DNA of 64,000 nt. Source: Camelus dromedarius. Taxonomy: Eukaryota. The notes under the pieces were generated by a model. That model did no database searches. It saw nothing but the letters and a program-made list of their open reading frames with translations, and was not told the origin of the DNA. The stretch spans positions 51,648,001 to 51,712,000 of the forward strand of contig NC_087437.1 of assembly GCF_036321535.1 (NCBI RefSeq), read 5' to 3'. Shown in pieces: positions 37,882 through 49,960 of the stretch; within the stretch, counting starts at the first letter, position 1; each line of letters begins with the position of its first letter. Position numbers and translations under genes: made by a program.

Positions 37882-38362
37882 TATATGGTCAGGCCACCCA
37901 AGATGGCTGTTCTCTTTCTCTCTGTACTTCCCCTGCTTGGCCAGCACCTGTTTCACCTACACCCTCCTCACCCGACTGACCTTCCTGCATACTTGCCTCA
38001 GGCCCCAGCTAATGATTGTTCTAACTTAGATGAGAACATCTCCACCTGATAGTTTATCAAAGGGGCGGTGAAGGGCTTGCCCTCTGCTAGTTTCCCTGGT
38101 ATCCGATGAGCCAACCTGACGTCAATTCCCCCTCTAACTGGTAACCTCCCCCTGCCCTTGGGAAAGAGTGAAGACTGTTGCCCTGTCCTGCCCTGCCACC
38201 TGCCCACATGTGTTGGGGTGTCGCTCCAGGACCTTGCTTCAGACGTGTAAGCTCCCCCATCCGTTAAACCGCTGATGTCCCTCTTGCCCACTCCGGGCTC
38301 CTTCTTCGATCTTGAAGCTGGGCAAGCACAGAGCTTGTAGGTCTGCGGGGTGCAGCCCAACA
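37882..38362 (+). mobile_element. ERVL solo LTR (MER74/MER54-like)
   Basis: Ends ggggtgcagcccaaca; near-perfect 5-bp TSD aagta / acgta. Confidence 0.75.
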
Positions 38363-39249
38363 ACGTAGTTCAGGATCCAGACTTAGTTATTCCCAAGAAA
38401 ATGGTAAGAGACATTATTTGTAGAGTTTGCAGGATGTGGGAATTTAACAGAGGAGTGGCTACCAAGGAAGAATCCACTGAGTGGGACGGAGAGGAAAGGA
38501 GCAGAGTTAAATGGAAGAAGAGGCCCGCAGAGGGCTCCAGGAGCCTGGAAGTCACAAACACATGGAAGTGCCAACCAGGTGCAGGGTGAACGGCATTAAG
38601 CAGAGAATGGAAGTTGAAGGGGTGGGAGATACAAATACAGTGATTTACTCAGGTAGATGGCAGGATGGGGTGAAGACGGTGAGCCAAGAGCAAAACCCAT
38701 CAGTGCCAGGGAAGAGGTGTCCCAGGGGCAATCCAAGGGCACTGAGAATAGGGGGAGGTTTGAGGAGAAACAGAATATTGCAGGGTCTCAAAGTATCTTG
38801 TGCCAAATATTCATTAACTACAAAGGGAAAAGCAGTGACTTTACAGTGGAGAAACCCAGCAGACCAAGTGATCTCAAGATGCTGTTTTATTAGAAGGGAT
38901 AATCTGACAAAGTTCTCTGCTGCCTGGCAAGGAACAGTGAATAAACAATCATTATTGTAGCCCTTTAGGTAATTAACAACATCCCCAATGACCTACAGTC
39001 CAACGATCTCCCCACCCTAATCCTACTTCAGTGCAAAATTGATCTGTGCCAAAGTGCCATTGAGTCCCAAGGGATTAATGAATTGTCCCTGAGTAACAGC
39101 GATTAACACATATGCATTTGACAAGGATCTTCGGAAATAAAATGGAGTGATTCTAACGACGGGGATTACGCATGGTGGAACAATGGGAGAACTGCTTTGG
39201 GATTGGGGTGAGAGGAATTTTTGGTCAAAACTGGACTAGGTACCCCTGC

Positions 39250-39790
39250 TGCCGTCCACGTTACGAACCCCCGCGTGCTCTCGATTTGATCCCTAACCCT
39301 GCTTCTTCTTGGGGTCTGCCCCCGACCCCGCCTCCTCCGCTCTGGTCTCCATTCGCGCGTATGTATGTTTGAGAGCGTGCCTGGACTCAGCTTCCTCTCC
39401 AGCCTTGGCGGGGCTCTGGGGACGGGGATGGGGTAGGGTGTCTGTGGGTTCTTTTACCCTGCATCTCCCGCACCAGGTGCAAAACCAGTGTAAGTGATGG
39501 TGGGATTCTGGAGCCCGGCGAACAGAAAGCCTTCCGGCGGCCTCTTCTGGGAAGCGCGCCACTGCCCTCCAGTGGGTGATCTCTGAACTTCCCGAGGTCC
39601 TGCTACTCTGCGCCGAGGTACCGACCCCGAATGCGGGAACCTGTGGGTGTTCCGCCCACCCCCAGCCTGCGGAGAGCGGGGCGCCGGGTAGGCCGGACAC
39701 CGTGTGGACAGGTAGCTGGGACTTGGGTGGGGCGGGGCAGTGAATCGTGCAATCCTCGTGATGAGCCAGGTGTGAGTCAGCTCCCACTTG
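39250..39790. promoter_or_regulatory. CpG-rich island or promoter-like region with GC boxes
   Basis: Dense CpGs, with ccccgcc, ccgccc and ggggcggggc GC boxes, a cttccgg ETS site and a tgagtca AP-1 site. Confidence 0.6.
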
Positions 39791-40024
39791 GGAAGGCAGG
39801 GAAGCCTCCTGTGTCCACTCCTTTGAGGCCTTCATTCTCTTTGACAGACAAGAAGGGAGGAGTGAATATGTATGTGTCATGCAGCGTCACATATTCCTGT
39901 GGAAACTCACTGCTTAAAGAGACTCAAAGCGATCACAGAGGTTCATGAGGAAACTGAAGAAAGGGAAAAGGATGGGGGATGGGGAGATGGACAGAGGGGA
40001 AAGTTAATACTTAAAGTGACTCTT

Positions 40025-40171
40025 GGGCAGGGTATGCTCAGTGGTTAGAGCGCGCGCTTAGCATCCACGAGGTCCTGGGTTCAATTCCTAGTATCTCCAT
40101 TTAAATGAATAGATAAACAAACCTAATTACCTACCCCCCCCAATACAACAAATAAAATATTTTTAAAAAAC
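40025..40171 (+). mobile_element. tRNA-Ala-derived SINE (Vic-1 type)
   Basis: gctcagtggttagagcgcgcgcttagcat..gaggtcctgggttcaatt; TSD aaagtgactcttg (40013-40025, 40172-40184). Confidence 0.92.
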
Positions 40172-41664
40172 AAAGTGACTCTTGAGACTTTGAACAGTTA
40201 CTAGACCAGAAGACTAAAAATAGGGTATTAAACTTCCAAATCATTAGAGCTTTGAAAAAGGAGAAACCAAGAAAACTGTAGCAGTCCGTCAAGAATCAGG
40301 AACAAAATACCAAGGGAAAGGGAAATCCTGAAACTAAAAATATAAAAGAAAAAGTAGAAAACGTATGTCAGAGGTCATAATTACTGCAGATGAATTAAAT
40401 TCCCCTACTTGAACCCTCCCCCACACACAAAAAGCCTACCACAGCCTACCTACCTTTGTCTGTTTATAAGACGCAGCTAAAACAAAACTACACTTAAGAG
40501 TTTGGAACAAAAGTTCAGTGGAGATGTACCAGGGAAAAGCTAACCATCACTACCCCTATCCCATCCATCCAGTCTGAGTTCTAGCTCCAAAATACATCTC
40601 ATTTCTACCCATTCCTCTTCACCTACTGCCATTCCCTGAGTCAAACCATGGTGATTTCTCACCTGAGCTACAGCAGTAGCTTTCAAATTGGTCTCCATTT
40701 GCTCCTTTTGCCTTCTTCCCTGCAAAGCAGACAAAATATTCTTTTAAAAACATAAACCAGATTTTTAAATGTATTTTCTTCCAGTTTTACTGATATGTAA
40801 TTGACATACAGCACTGTATAAGTTTAGGTGTACACCACAATGATTTGACTTACATACATCATGAAATGATCACCAGAATAAGTTTAATGAACATCCATCG
40901 ACTCATAGAGATATAAATCAGATGTTAAAAAGCTAAATTTCTCCCCTACTCAAAGTACTTCAATGTCTTCTCATGGCACTTACAGGAAAAATTAGTCTCT
41001 TAGCTCTGGCCGGCAGGCCCCACCATACCCTATCCTATTTCCCACCACCCCTCCCTCCCAGCTGCCGCCACAATGGCCTTCTTGCTGTTCCTCAGATAGA
41101 TCAGTTACCCCAGAAGAGACTGGAAAAGTAAAAGTAATACAGTATAGAAACAGAAGGACGCTTCCTAAATATGGCAAAGAATATTTACCAGATCAGTAGC
41201 AAATGTCTTACTAAAACAGTGAAACCTTCAAGCTATTTCCATTCATATTAAGCACAAGGAAGGCATACTCACCATGATCGTTATTAGTTAGCCTTATTTT
41301 AAAGGCCCTATGGCATTATTAAAATGAAATGAAATTATGAGAACAAATTCTGACAGCAGAAAAAAGTGATCTATACCTCCAGATGATGTGACTGTATATC
41401 TCAAAGTACCCAAACGACTGTAGTAAAAAAAAAAATCTATCAGCGAAGAAATAAATAAACAAATGAATAAACAAGATCTTTACAGACTGCAAAAACTACT
41501 CTGCAGGAAATAAACAGAGGAGTGATAAAGGGTAACTACGTAAAGGCCCCGCGGCTGGCCAAAGAAGATTCTTCTGGAGAGGGGCTCCTGAAGCTCGACC
41601 TGGGCAGTGAGAAGGAAGAGCTCTGGGGTGGTATTTCAGAGTTGTTTACAATATCATCTTATAA

Positions 41665-41760
41665 CTGGGGAGAGAATATAGTGGGGAGGGTATAGCTCAA
41701 GTTGTAGAGCACATGCTTAGCATGCATTGAGGTCCTGGGTTCAATCCCTAGTACCTCTTC

Positions 41761-41801
<41 letters not shown>

Positions 41802-41823
41802 AACTAATTACCAACCCCCCAAA
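41665..41823 (+). mobile_element. tRNA-Ala-derived SINE (Vic-1 type) with (TAAA)n tail
   Basis: ggggagggtatagctcaagttgtagagc...; TSD atcatcttataa (41653-41664, 41824-41835). Confidence 0.92.
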
Positions 41824-41964
41824 ATCATCTTATAAATATTTTTCTCTCTTTTGTATCTGGAGTTATATACCCTTTTTAATTTCTACTATTGTTTATATTT
41901 AATCTCTGTCCTTTGTCCCTAATGGTGGGCATGAGATATCTATTGATCTTACAAAAAGTTAGAT

Positions 41965-42545
41965 TTGGCATAGAACTACCATATGACCCAGCAACTCCAT
42001 GCCTATGTGTATACATTCAAAAGAATTGAAAACAGAGGCTCAGATACTTGTATACTAATGTCCATAGCAGAATTATTCACAACCAGCAAAAGGTGGAAAC
42101 AACCCGTGTCTGTTAACAGATAACCAAAGTGTGGATAAACAAAATTTCCACTATACATGCAATAGAATATTATTCAACCATAAAAAGAAATAACATTTTT
42201 ATATATGCTACAACATGGATGTGTCTTGGAAATATTATGCTTAGTGCAATAAACCAGACACAGAAGGACCAATACTGTATGATTCCCTTTTCCCTTTATA
42301 TGAGATAACTAGAGTAGGTAAATTCATAGAGACAGACTGTAAAGAGATGTTACCAGGAGCTGAGAGAAGCGAGTACCATTTGTTTAATGGGAACAAAGTC
42401 TTTGTTGAGGATGATGAAAGTGTTTTGGATAGAGGTAGTGCTGATGGTTACACAACATCATGAATGTATTTAATGCCATGGAATTTTACACTTACGGGTA
42501 GTTAAAATGATAAATATTAGGTATATTTTACCACAATACAAAAAG
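41965..42545 (+). mobile_element. L1MB 3' end
   Basis: catagaactaccatatgacccagcaactcc...cagacacagaaggaccaatactgtatgattcc...gtatattttaccacaat. Confidence 0.85.
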
Positions 42546-43700
42546 TAGATTTGGGATTTTTTTTTTGACTGTATTTTTGTCTATTTCACTAACTTTGGCT
42601 TCGACTTTTATTAATTCCTCTGGCTGGGTTGTTTATTGTTCATTTTTAATTTCCTAAGAGTTCTTAATCCCTTTAATTTTAATCTATTTTAACAATGAAG
42701 GCATTTAAGACTGTAATTTTCCCTCGAATATGGGTTTAACATACCAAAACAAAGGTTTCATTATTTCTAGATAGTTTTTGGTTTCTATTTTGATTTATGT
42801 ACTGATCTAAAGGTTATTTTTATTCTAAGTAATTAATAGTTTGTTGGGGGGTCTTCCATTTATTATTCATTTGTGTTCTAAAATATTGATCAGAAATATA
42901 TATCCTACAAAATCTTCACTTTTTTTAATTTTTCAAGTTTTATTTGTGGCCAAGTACATGATGGATATATGTATATATTATATAGAAATATAGCAGCATA
43001 ATATATATGGTATAAAATATAATATATAAGTATATAATTTTTTTGACATAAGTAAAAGTAGGTCTTGTATTTGTAGGTTGCAAATTTCTATACACATGTA
43101 TTAAGCTGAGCTGGTTGAATTTAATATTCAGATCCTCTATGTCCAGGATAAATTTTTATCTTCTAGATCTGTCAGATTTTGAAAGATTTACATTAGTATA
43201 TTTTACTATAATTATGCATTCGTGATTTAAAATGAGATTCTCCTTGTATTTCTAGTAGTTTTTACCTTATATATTTGGCTGCCAAGATGTTTAGTTTTAG
43301 AGGTTTATGACTAACACCTTCTTAAAGTGTGCCTTTTATCATTACACATTATCTGCCTTATTTAATACTTTTTATCTTAAATTTCACAACATCTATGTTG
43401 TCACTTCTGCTTCCTTTTTGTTTACATTTGTTTAGCATTTCTTTAATCGTCAACCTTTCTATATCACTTCATTTTAGGTGTGCTTCCTATAAACATTATA
43501 TATTTGGATTTGGTTGTTCAATCCAATCTGACAATCTCTATATTTTATGTGGAAATTCAGCTTGTTCACATTTAGTGTCACAGTTGATATGCTTGATTTT
43601 ATTCTTTCTGTCTTATTCTATTTTTAATATTTATTTTAAATTTTCATCTTTTCCCTTTTTTCTAGCTTATTTCCAATATTATTTATTTCTTCCTTGCTCT
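42545..43700 (-). mobile_element. Old L1 ORF2 (endonuclease-region) antisense fragments
   Basis: gaaggcatttaagactgtaattttccctc, tgtggccaagtacatgat, tccaatctgacaatctc. Confidence 0.65.
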
Positions 43701-44234
43701 TTATTAGTTTGGAAGTGCTACTGGGTTTTTCTAATCAAAAGTAGATTTTTTACAATTATATCAAACACATGCTAACAGCCCTCCTCTCTTACCGCTTAGG
43801 TGCTTGCTTGCTTCTTGTGCCCCCTCCTCCCCACAAGAAAAAAATCTTTAAAACATTTTTGCATCTTCATACTTCTCTCCTTTCCCAAACTCTTCGCTTT
43901 TTCTCCGACAGCCTTATGTCCTGGGTTGATAACCATTATGAAGTTTTTCCTGTATGATAAGAGAGTTGTTACTTAGCACTTATATTATGCATGGTCAACC
44001 ACCTTGTTGTCATCTATTCAAATTTAACTATACATAATGCAAAGATTATTGCTCAGTATCTCCCTTCCTTCCTCCTCTTTCCCTATGCTGAAGTTTATTT
44101 AGATTCGTTTCTCATTTGATTACAATGCAGTCTTAGCATCTATCTTTTACCTGACAGGTGAGTGCTTTCTTGCCTGGGTGTAAGATTCTTAGGTGACTCT
44201 CAGTATCTGTAGCTGTTATCCTTCTGCCCCTTAG

Positions 44235-47200
44235 GTTCTAGGGTTGTGATTTTAAAAAAGCTCTTAGAAAATGAGTACTAGAAGGGAACTTCCCTAATAT
44301 GGTAAAGGTACCTACAAAAAAACTTACAGCAAACATCATAATTAATGGTAAAATGTTGAAAGTTTTTACCTCAAGATAGGGAATGAAGCAAAAATACCCA
44401 ATTTCGCCACTTCTGTTTAACATATTATTTGAAGTCCTAGCCAGTATAATAAAGCAAAACAAAGAAATAAAAATTAGACAACTAAAAAGGAGGGAATAAA
44501 ACTGTTATTAATTTGTATTCTATACATTTGTATTTTTCTTTATGTTGTACCATTTATATAAACCTCAAAAAACATATAGAACGTAACAACATTTTATTAT
44601 GTTGTAAAAGTAAAATTATAATAACAGGCAAGAGAATGATAGACACAAAATTCAGAATCAAAATTACTTGAGAAGGAGAGGGTATGTAGGGAACTCCTAA
44701 AATGCAGGTAATATTTCTTTTCTTAAGCTGGCTGGTAGTTACACAGATATTTATTATTCTTTATACCTTATATATTCATATTTGTGTATGTTTGTAGGTA
44801 TTAAATACTTCATTAAAAAAGACTGGAAAATATGAAAGACTTTTAAAATGAAGGCTACTATTTATGTATAACAATAAAACTAGTGTAAAAAAAGTACACA
44901 AAAAAATGTTAAATTCTTCATTGTCTTTCAGTGCCCTATACAATTAGATAATGTAATTGTGTATGTGGAAAATCTGAAATCATCTACAGACATATATACA
45001 TATATACATATATTATAAATAAATATATTTACTTAATAAGTGGACTGAAGGATGCTGGATGCTAGGTCAGTATATAAAATGTAGCTCTAATTTGTCATTT
45101 TCATAGCTACTTGCAACAATGGGAAGTAATCTCACAAGCATAAAACTGAATGATAGAAGCAAAAAAAACCCCAAAAAACCCCACACAGTATCATATCATT
45201 CCATTTGAATAATGTTTACAGAAAGCAAAACTAAACTATATTGTTTAGGGATACATTAGCAGTTTATTTCAGAAATCAAGAATTACAGAAATTAGAAATC
45301 TCTCCCTTTACTGGGGAGGGAGGAGGTCTTAATCTACAAAGGGCACAACGGGACAGGAGGAGGAGTCCTAGTTAGGGTACTGACTACACATATATAAATT
45401 CTGTTTCTGTGTATATATTGATCATAAGTCCTAGTTTTCTGTGTGGAGATATATACCATGTTTATCAATAGGAAGACTCAGTATTATAAAGACGTCAACT
45501 TTTCAAAATTAATCTATGAAGCTATTGCTTTAATCAAAATCCCAACAAAGATTTGTGTAGAATTGACAGGCTAAACAATGTATGTGTGTATTTTACTACA
45601 AAGTGCATGTAAAGTACTAGAATAAAAGATGAAAAAATTAAAAATAAAAATCATAGAATGGGGAAAGTCTTTCTAAGGAAGGGAGAAAACTCAGAAGGCA
45701 AAAAGCAAACAAAACAAAACAAAACTGGATGTGTGAATGTACTAAAACAAAAGACTGCATGGAGAAATACCAAATACAAAATTAAAAATAAATGACAAGT
45801 TAGAAAAATAATTGCAATTCATATGTCAGATAAGGGACAAATTTCCTTAATATATAGTGAACTATTACAAATCAATAAAGGAAAAAATAGAAAAATGGGT
45901 GGGCATAGGGCAAAAAAAGATACAAATGGCTAAAAGACAGAAGATGTTTTATTTCACCCATAAATAAGGAAATGCAAGTTAAAATGAAAAATGAGTGTTT
46001 TCATTAAGGAATTTGATAATATAAAATATTAGCACGAATGAGGGCAACGTAAACAGGCATTCTCATGCATTTGTAGGAATTGTAAACTGTTGCAATCTTT
46101 TTAGAGAGCAGTTTGGTGAAGACACATGCATTAGTCTCTGTCCATCCTGTATGTGTGTAAAGCCTATAAGTGTAAGGATGTTGATTGCAGTGTTGGTTGT
46201 TATTGCAAAAGACTGGAAACAAATTAATGTCCACCAACAGGGAGCTGAAAGATGAACTACTGTGTAGCTATTTTTTTTTTTTAATGAATTAGACTTTGAT
46301 GTCCTGACAAGGAAAGATTACAGATAAATTGCTTAACAAAATAGGCAAGGTGCTGACCAGTGGAACAAAATAGAGAGCCTAAAAACAGACCAATGAATTT
46401 TGGGAAATTTGATTTAAGGCAAAGCTGGCATTGTAGATGACTGGAAAAAATGTTTCTAGGACAATTGTTATCCATGTGAGAAAGAAGATTCTCTCCATAA
46501 CTATCTTCACAAAGAATCATATCTGAGTGGATGTAAGACCAAATATAAAACAACAAAATTTTAAAACTTTTAGAAGAAAATATAGGGAGACTTATGACCT
46601 TGGAATACGAACGAGTATTTTAACTAAGCCACCCAAAGCACGAACTATAAATAAATAGATAATTAGACTATATTAACATTTAAATGTTCTGTGCCTTAAA
46701 ATAACATAAAGTTATGACAAGCCATGATGTGAATATAGTATTTGCAACACATCCAACTGACAAAGGATTAATATCCAAAATATATAAAGAACTCTTAAAA
46801 ATCAACAAGAAAATTACAATAGCCAATGAAAAATAGGAAAAGGTGATGGACTATTGTTTACAGAATAAAAATACAAATAACCAGTAAACGTATGAACCTT
46901 ACTTCCTAAACTCACAGTTATCAGGGAAATGCAAATTAAAACCATAAGGAAAAAATACTACAAACCCCATTATATTGGGGAATAGGTTAACAAATCTGAT
47001 CATAGCAGTGCTGATGAGAGTTGGGAACACATGATACTCATCCGTTGGTCGTAACCAGTAACATTGAAGCTAGGCATCCTTGGCGACACTGCAGCCCTGA
47101 TCCTAGGTGTGCGCCTTCTAGACGTGCTCACACACCCTCACACGTGCACAAGAGACATGGACTAGAATGTCCATAGCAGCATTGTTTATAATTAGGACAA

Positions 47201-47620
47201 AATGCAAACAGTCTGATTTTTCATCAGTTGGAGAATGGATAAATAAATGCAATTAATATTAACACAATAGTATATTATACTGCAGAGAAAATACATTTTT
47301 ATTTATCAAAAAAACCCCAAAACTTATGTAGCACCATATGCTAGACCCTGTTCTAAGTTCCTTATTAATATTAACTCATCTATGGTGTGAACCAGAGCTG
47401 GATTTATCAACATGAATCAGGATGGATAAATCTCCAAAGCATCATGTTGACTGAAAACAAGTCATAGAAGTATACGTGCAGTACTTTACCATATAAGAAA
47501 GTTTGAAATATTTAATACAGTATTATATAATGTTCAGGAACTTGTTCATGTATAGCAAAAGTATATAGAGGGTTTGCCTGAGGAGTGAGGGTAAGGATGG
47601 GGAGTAAGGAGGGTCCCTGA
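44235..47620 (+). mobile_element. Cluster of old L1M fragments
   Basis: cttacagcaaacatcataattaatggt..tgaagtcctagccagt, aataggaagactcagtatt, tggaacaaaatagagagcc, tcagggaaatgcaaattaaaacc. Confidence 0.8.
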
Positions 47621-48289
47621 ACAGCTGCATCAGGAAGAATGTTGCATTTCTAATGCTTAGTGGTTGGCTAAATTATTCTCAGTTCCTCGAGGTATCTCTG
47701 AAATAATTCATAAAACAGTAAAAAGTAAAGGGGAAAATCATCCACTCCCATTTAATTCGTTTTCTTCCAGGTTTCTATGCTTATTTTATATGTTTGGGAT
47801 TATCCCATATTTACAAAATTGTTTTCTGTTTCTTTCTAAGAACATTTCCTCATATTATTAAAAAACTCTCTAAGTGTTAATAATTATTAATAATAATATT
47901 CCATCTTGTAGATGTATCCTAATACACTTAGCTAATTCCCAATCTATTGATTCCAGTTTTAATAAGCTCTTTCTTATTTTTCAGTACAAAAATTTTCCGT
48001 GCTTTGGGGAATATTTGGGATTATTCCTTCAGAAATATTTTCACAAGTAGAATTACAGTATCGAACTGTATGAGCATTCAAAGGATCAGTACTCTGTATT
48101 ACTACATTTTGCCAGAGTTGGACCAGTTCACTCTCCCATCCCCAGCATGGTGGACGATGTTTCTTAGTATCTCTGTCAGCACTGAATATTCTCGTTAAAA
48201 AAAAAATCCTTACTATTTTGATTGGTAAAAATAGAAGCTGATCTGTATTATTTTGAGACTATCTCCCCCAATTGCTTATCAAACGTTTA

Positions 48290-48760
48290 TAGAGCGAGCA
48301 AGCTTCACTGTAGCGGGCGCCGCGGGACCCATGGACTCTCCCTGCGGAACCGCGGAGTGGGCTGGTGGCAGGTGAAGCTCAGAGCATCCGCCTTTGGTTC
48401 CGGGGACTTTGGTTCAGCGGGCGCTGTGAGGACAGTGGCACTGACCCGGGAAGCCCAGCCCCCACGGAAGCCCAGCGAGGTCGTCGGGGTCATAGTTTAC
48501 TTTTCACTATCATTCTTTCCTGCCTGACAAGTGGCATCTGGCTCACCCCTGGGCCGGTGGGTCGGGGATAATTTTCAGGGCTGCCTCACAGCCGTCCTTG
48601 GGCCTCTTTTCACCCAATGACACGCTGGCCGTTGACATCCCGCCCGCAGAGCGCAGGCACACAGGGGCTCCATTCACTGTGCTCAGGTCGGGTGAGCTGG
48701 GTGGGCGGCCCCGCAGGGCATCCTCCCCCGGGAACGTCCCCCTACCCCACCTCGGACCAC
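48290..48760. promoter_or_regulatory. Small CpG-enriched patch
   Basis: gcgggcgccgcggg, gaaccgcgg, agcgggcgc, gtcgtcgg, cccgcccgc and gggcgg set in an otherwise CpG-depleted background. Confidence 0.4.
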
Positions 48761-49629
48761 ACACAGGCAGGGTGGGACCAGAGGAGCTTTTCCTTTCCCA
48801 GGGACAGGACTGGAATTTGAGGGAGAGGTGAAAATTGAGGAAGTTGGAAAGGGAGGAGTGAGGGTGAGTAAGTGGGAGTCTGTTTCTAGGGATGGGGGCA
48901 GTAAGCGAGGGGAGGAACGTTGTGGGGTGGAGAGGAGGGACTGAGAGGATGTTTCTCCATCAGAGGGGACCTGAGGAAGGGAGGGTCTGGGGATGGGATA
49001 CAGAGATGGTGTGGGGGTGTGTGTGGGGGGGGTGTGGGGGAGGCTGGGATGGGCAGGAGAAGGAGTCCCAGACAGCATTGAGGGGGGAAGCTAGGTTGAG
49101 CTGGAGGTGACAGGAGTGAGACGGTTTGTGGGAGCAGCAGATTGAAAGGACTTTCTGAAGGGGATGAGGCATTGCCAAGCCTTGACTGCCCGCTGGAGGG
49201 GCCTGGGCACTGGCTTTTTGTCAAGGGCTCTGCCCAGAACATGGACATGACCTGAGGGGAGTCTGCATCTCCAGGCCTGGGTCCAGGTGCAGGAAGGTAA
49301 GGACAGAGGTGGGCAGTGTGTGTTCAGCCCATGAAGAACACGCACGGACAGTGCTTTCCCAGCTGTCAGGAATCTCCTGAGGGTGAACCCAAATGGGCCA
49401 AGAGGTCATCTGGGAAGTGGGAAGAAGTGTGGGGTAGGGGTGGGGGGCCTGCAGCAAAGGAGGAGCACCCTGCTAGAGGGAAGATGTGCCGAAGGTCAAG
49501 GACAGCTTTGGGAAGCCCAAGAAGCAGTCAGCTTCTTGTCATGGGGGAAATCCCCACCAGCGAGAGGTGAAAGAGACTGCAGTTTAGCCATGCTATGGGA
49601 GACTGTGTGGCCTTTAAACACAGTGCTGT

Positions 49630-49960
49630 CAGTTGATGTCCTCAAACTGAATGTGGCCGACCCTCTAGAAGAGCTTATTAAGATGCAGATTCTGGGGGGA
49701 GGGTATCGCTCAAATGGTAGAGTGCATGCTTAGCATGCATGAGGTCCTGGGTTCAACCCCCAATACTTCAAGTAAAAAAGTAATAATAATAAAGAAAGAA
49801 AGAAACCTAATTACACCCCCCCCCAAGAAAAAAATCCAAAAACAAATAAAGATAAAGATTCTGACTGAGCAGGTCTGAGGTGGGGCCCGAGAGCCTGCAT
49901 TTCTCACCAGCTCCCCTGTGATGCCTGTGCTGCTGACTCAGGACCACACTGAGCAGCGGA
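49630..49960. mobile_element. MER5A-like hAT element containing a Vic-1 SINE
   Basis: gagcttattaagatgcagattctg...caggtctgaggtggggcccgagagcctgcatttctcaccagctcc...ggaccacactgag. Confidence 0.8.
49694..49848 (+). mobile_element. tRNA-Ala-derived SINE (Vic-1 type)
   Basis: ggggagggtatcgctcaaatggtagagtgcatgcttagcatgcatgaggtcctgggttcaa; imperfect TSD aagatgcagattctg / aagataaagattctg. Confidence 0.9.

Noticed and set aside
39293..39880. 195-aa minus-strand ORF over the CpG island
   Set aside because: Low-complexity Pro/Ala/Ser/Gly composition typical of GC-rich non-coding DNA, with no family motif.
40025..40100. tRNA-Ala(AGC)-like sequences here and at 17208, 41683 and 49694
   Set aside because: They have A-rich tails, a shared non-tRNA 3' segment, TSDs and stem mismatches, so they are SINEs rather than tRNA genes.
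43329..43775. 148-aa hydrophobic ORF
   Set aside because: T-rich antisense L1 debris produces spurious Phe/Leu/Ile-rich ORFs.
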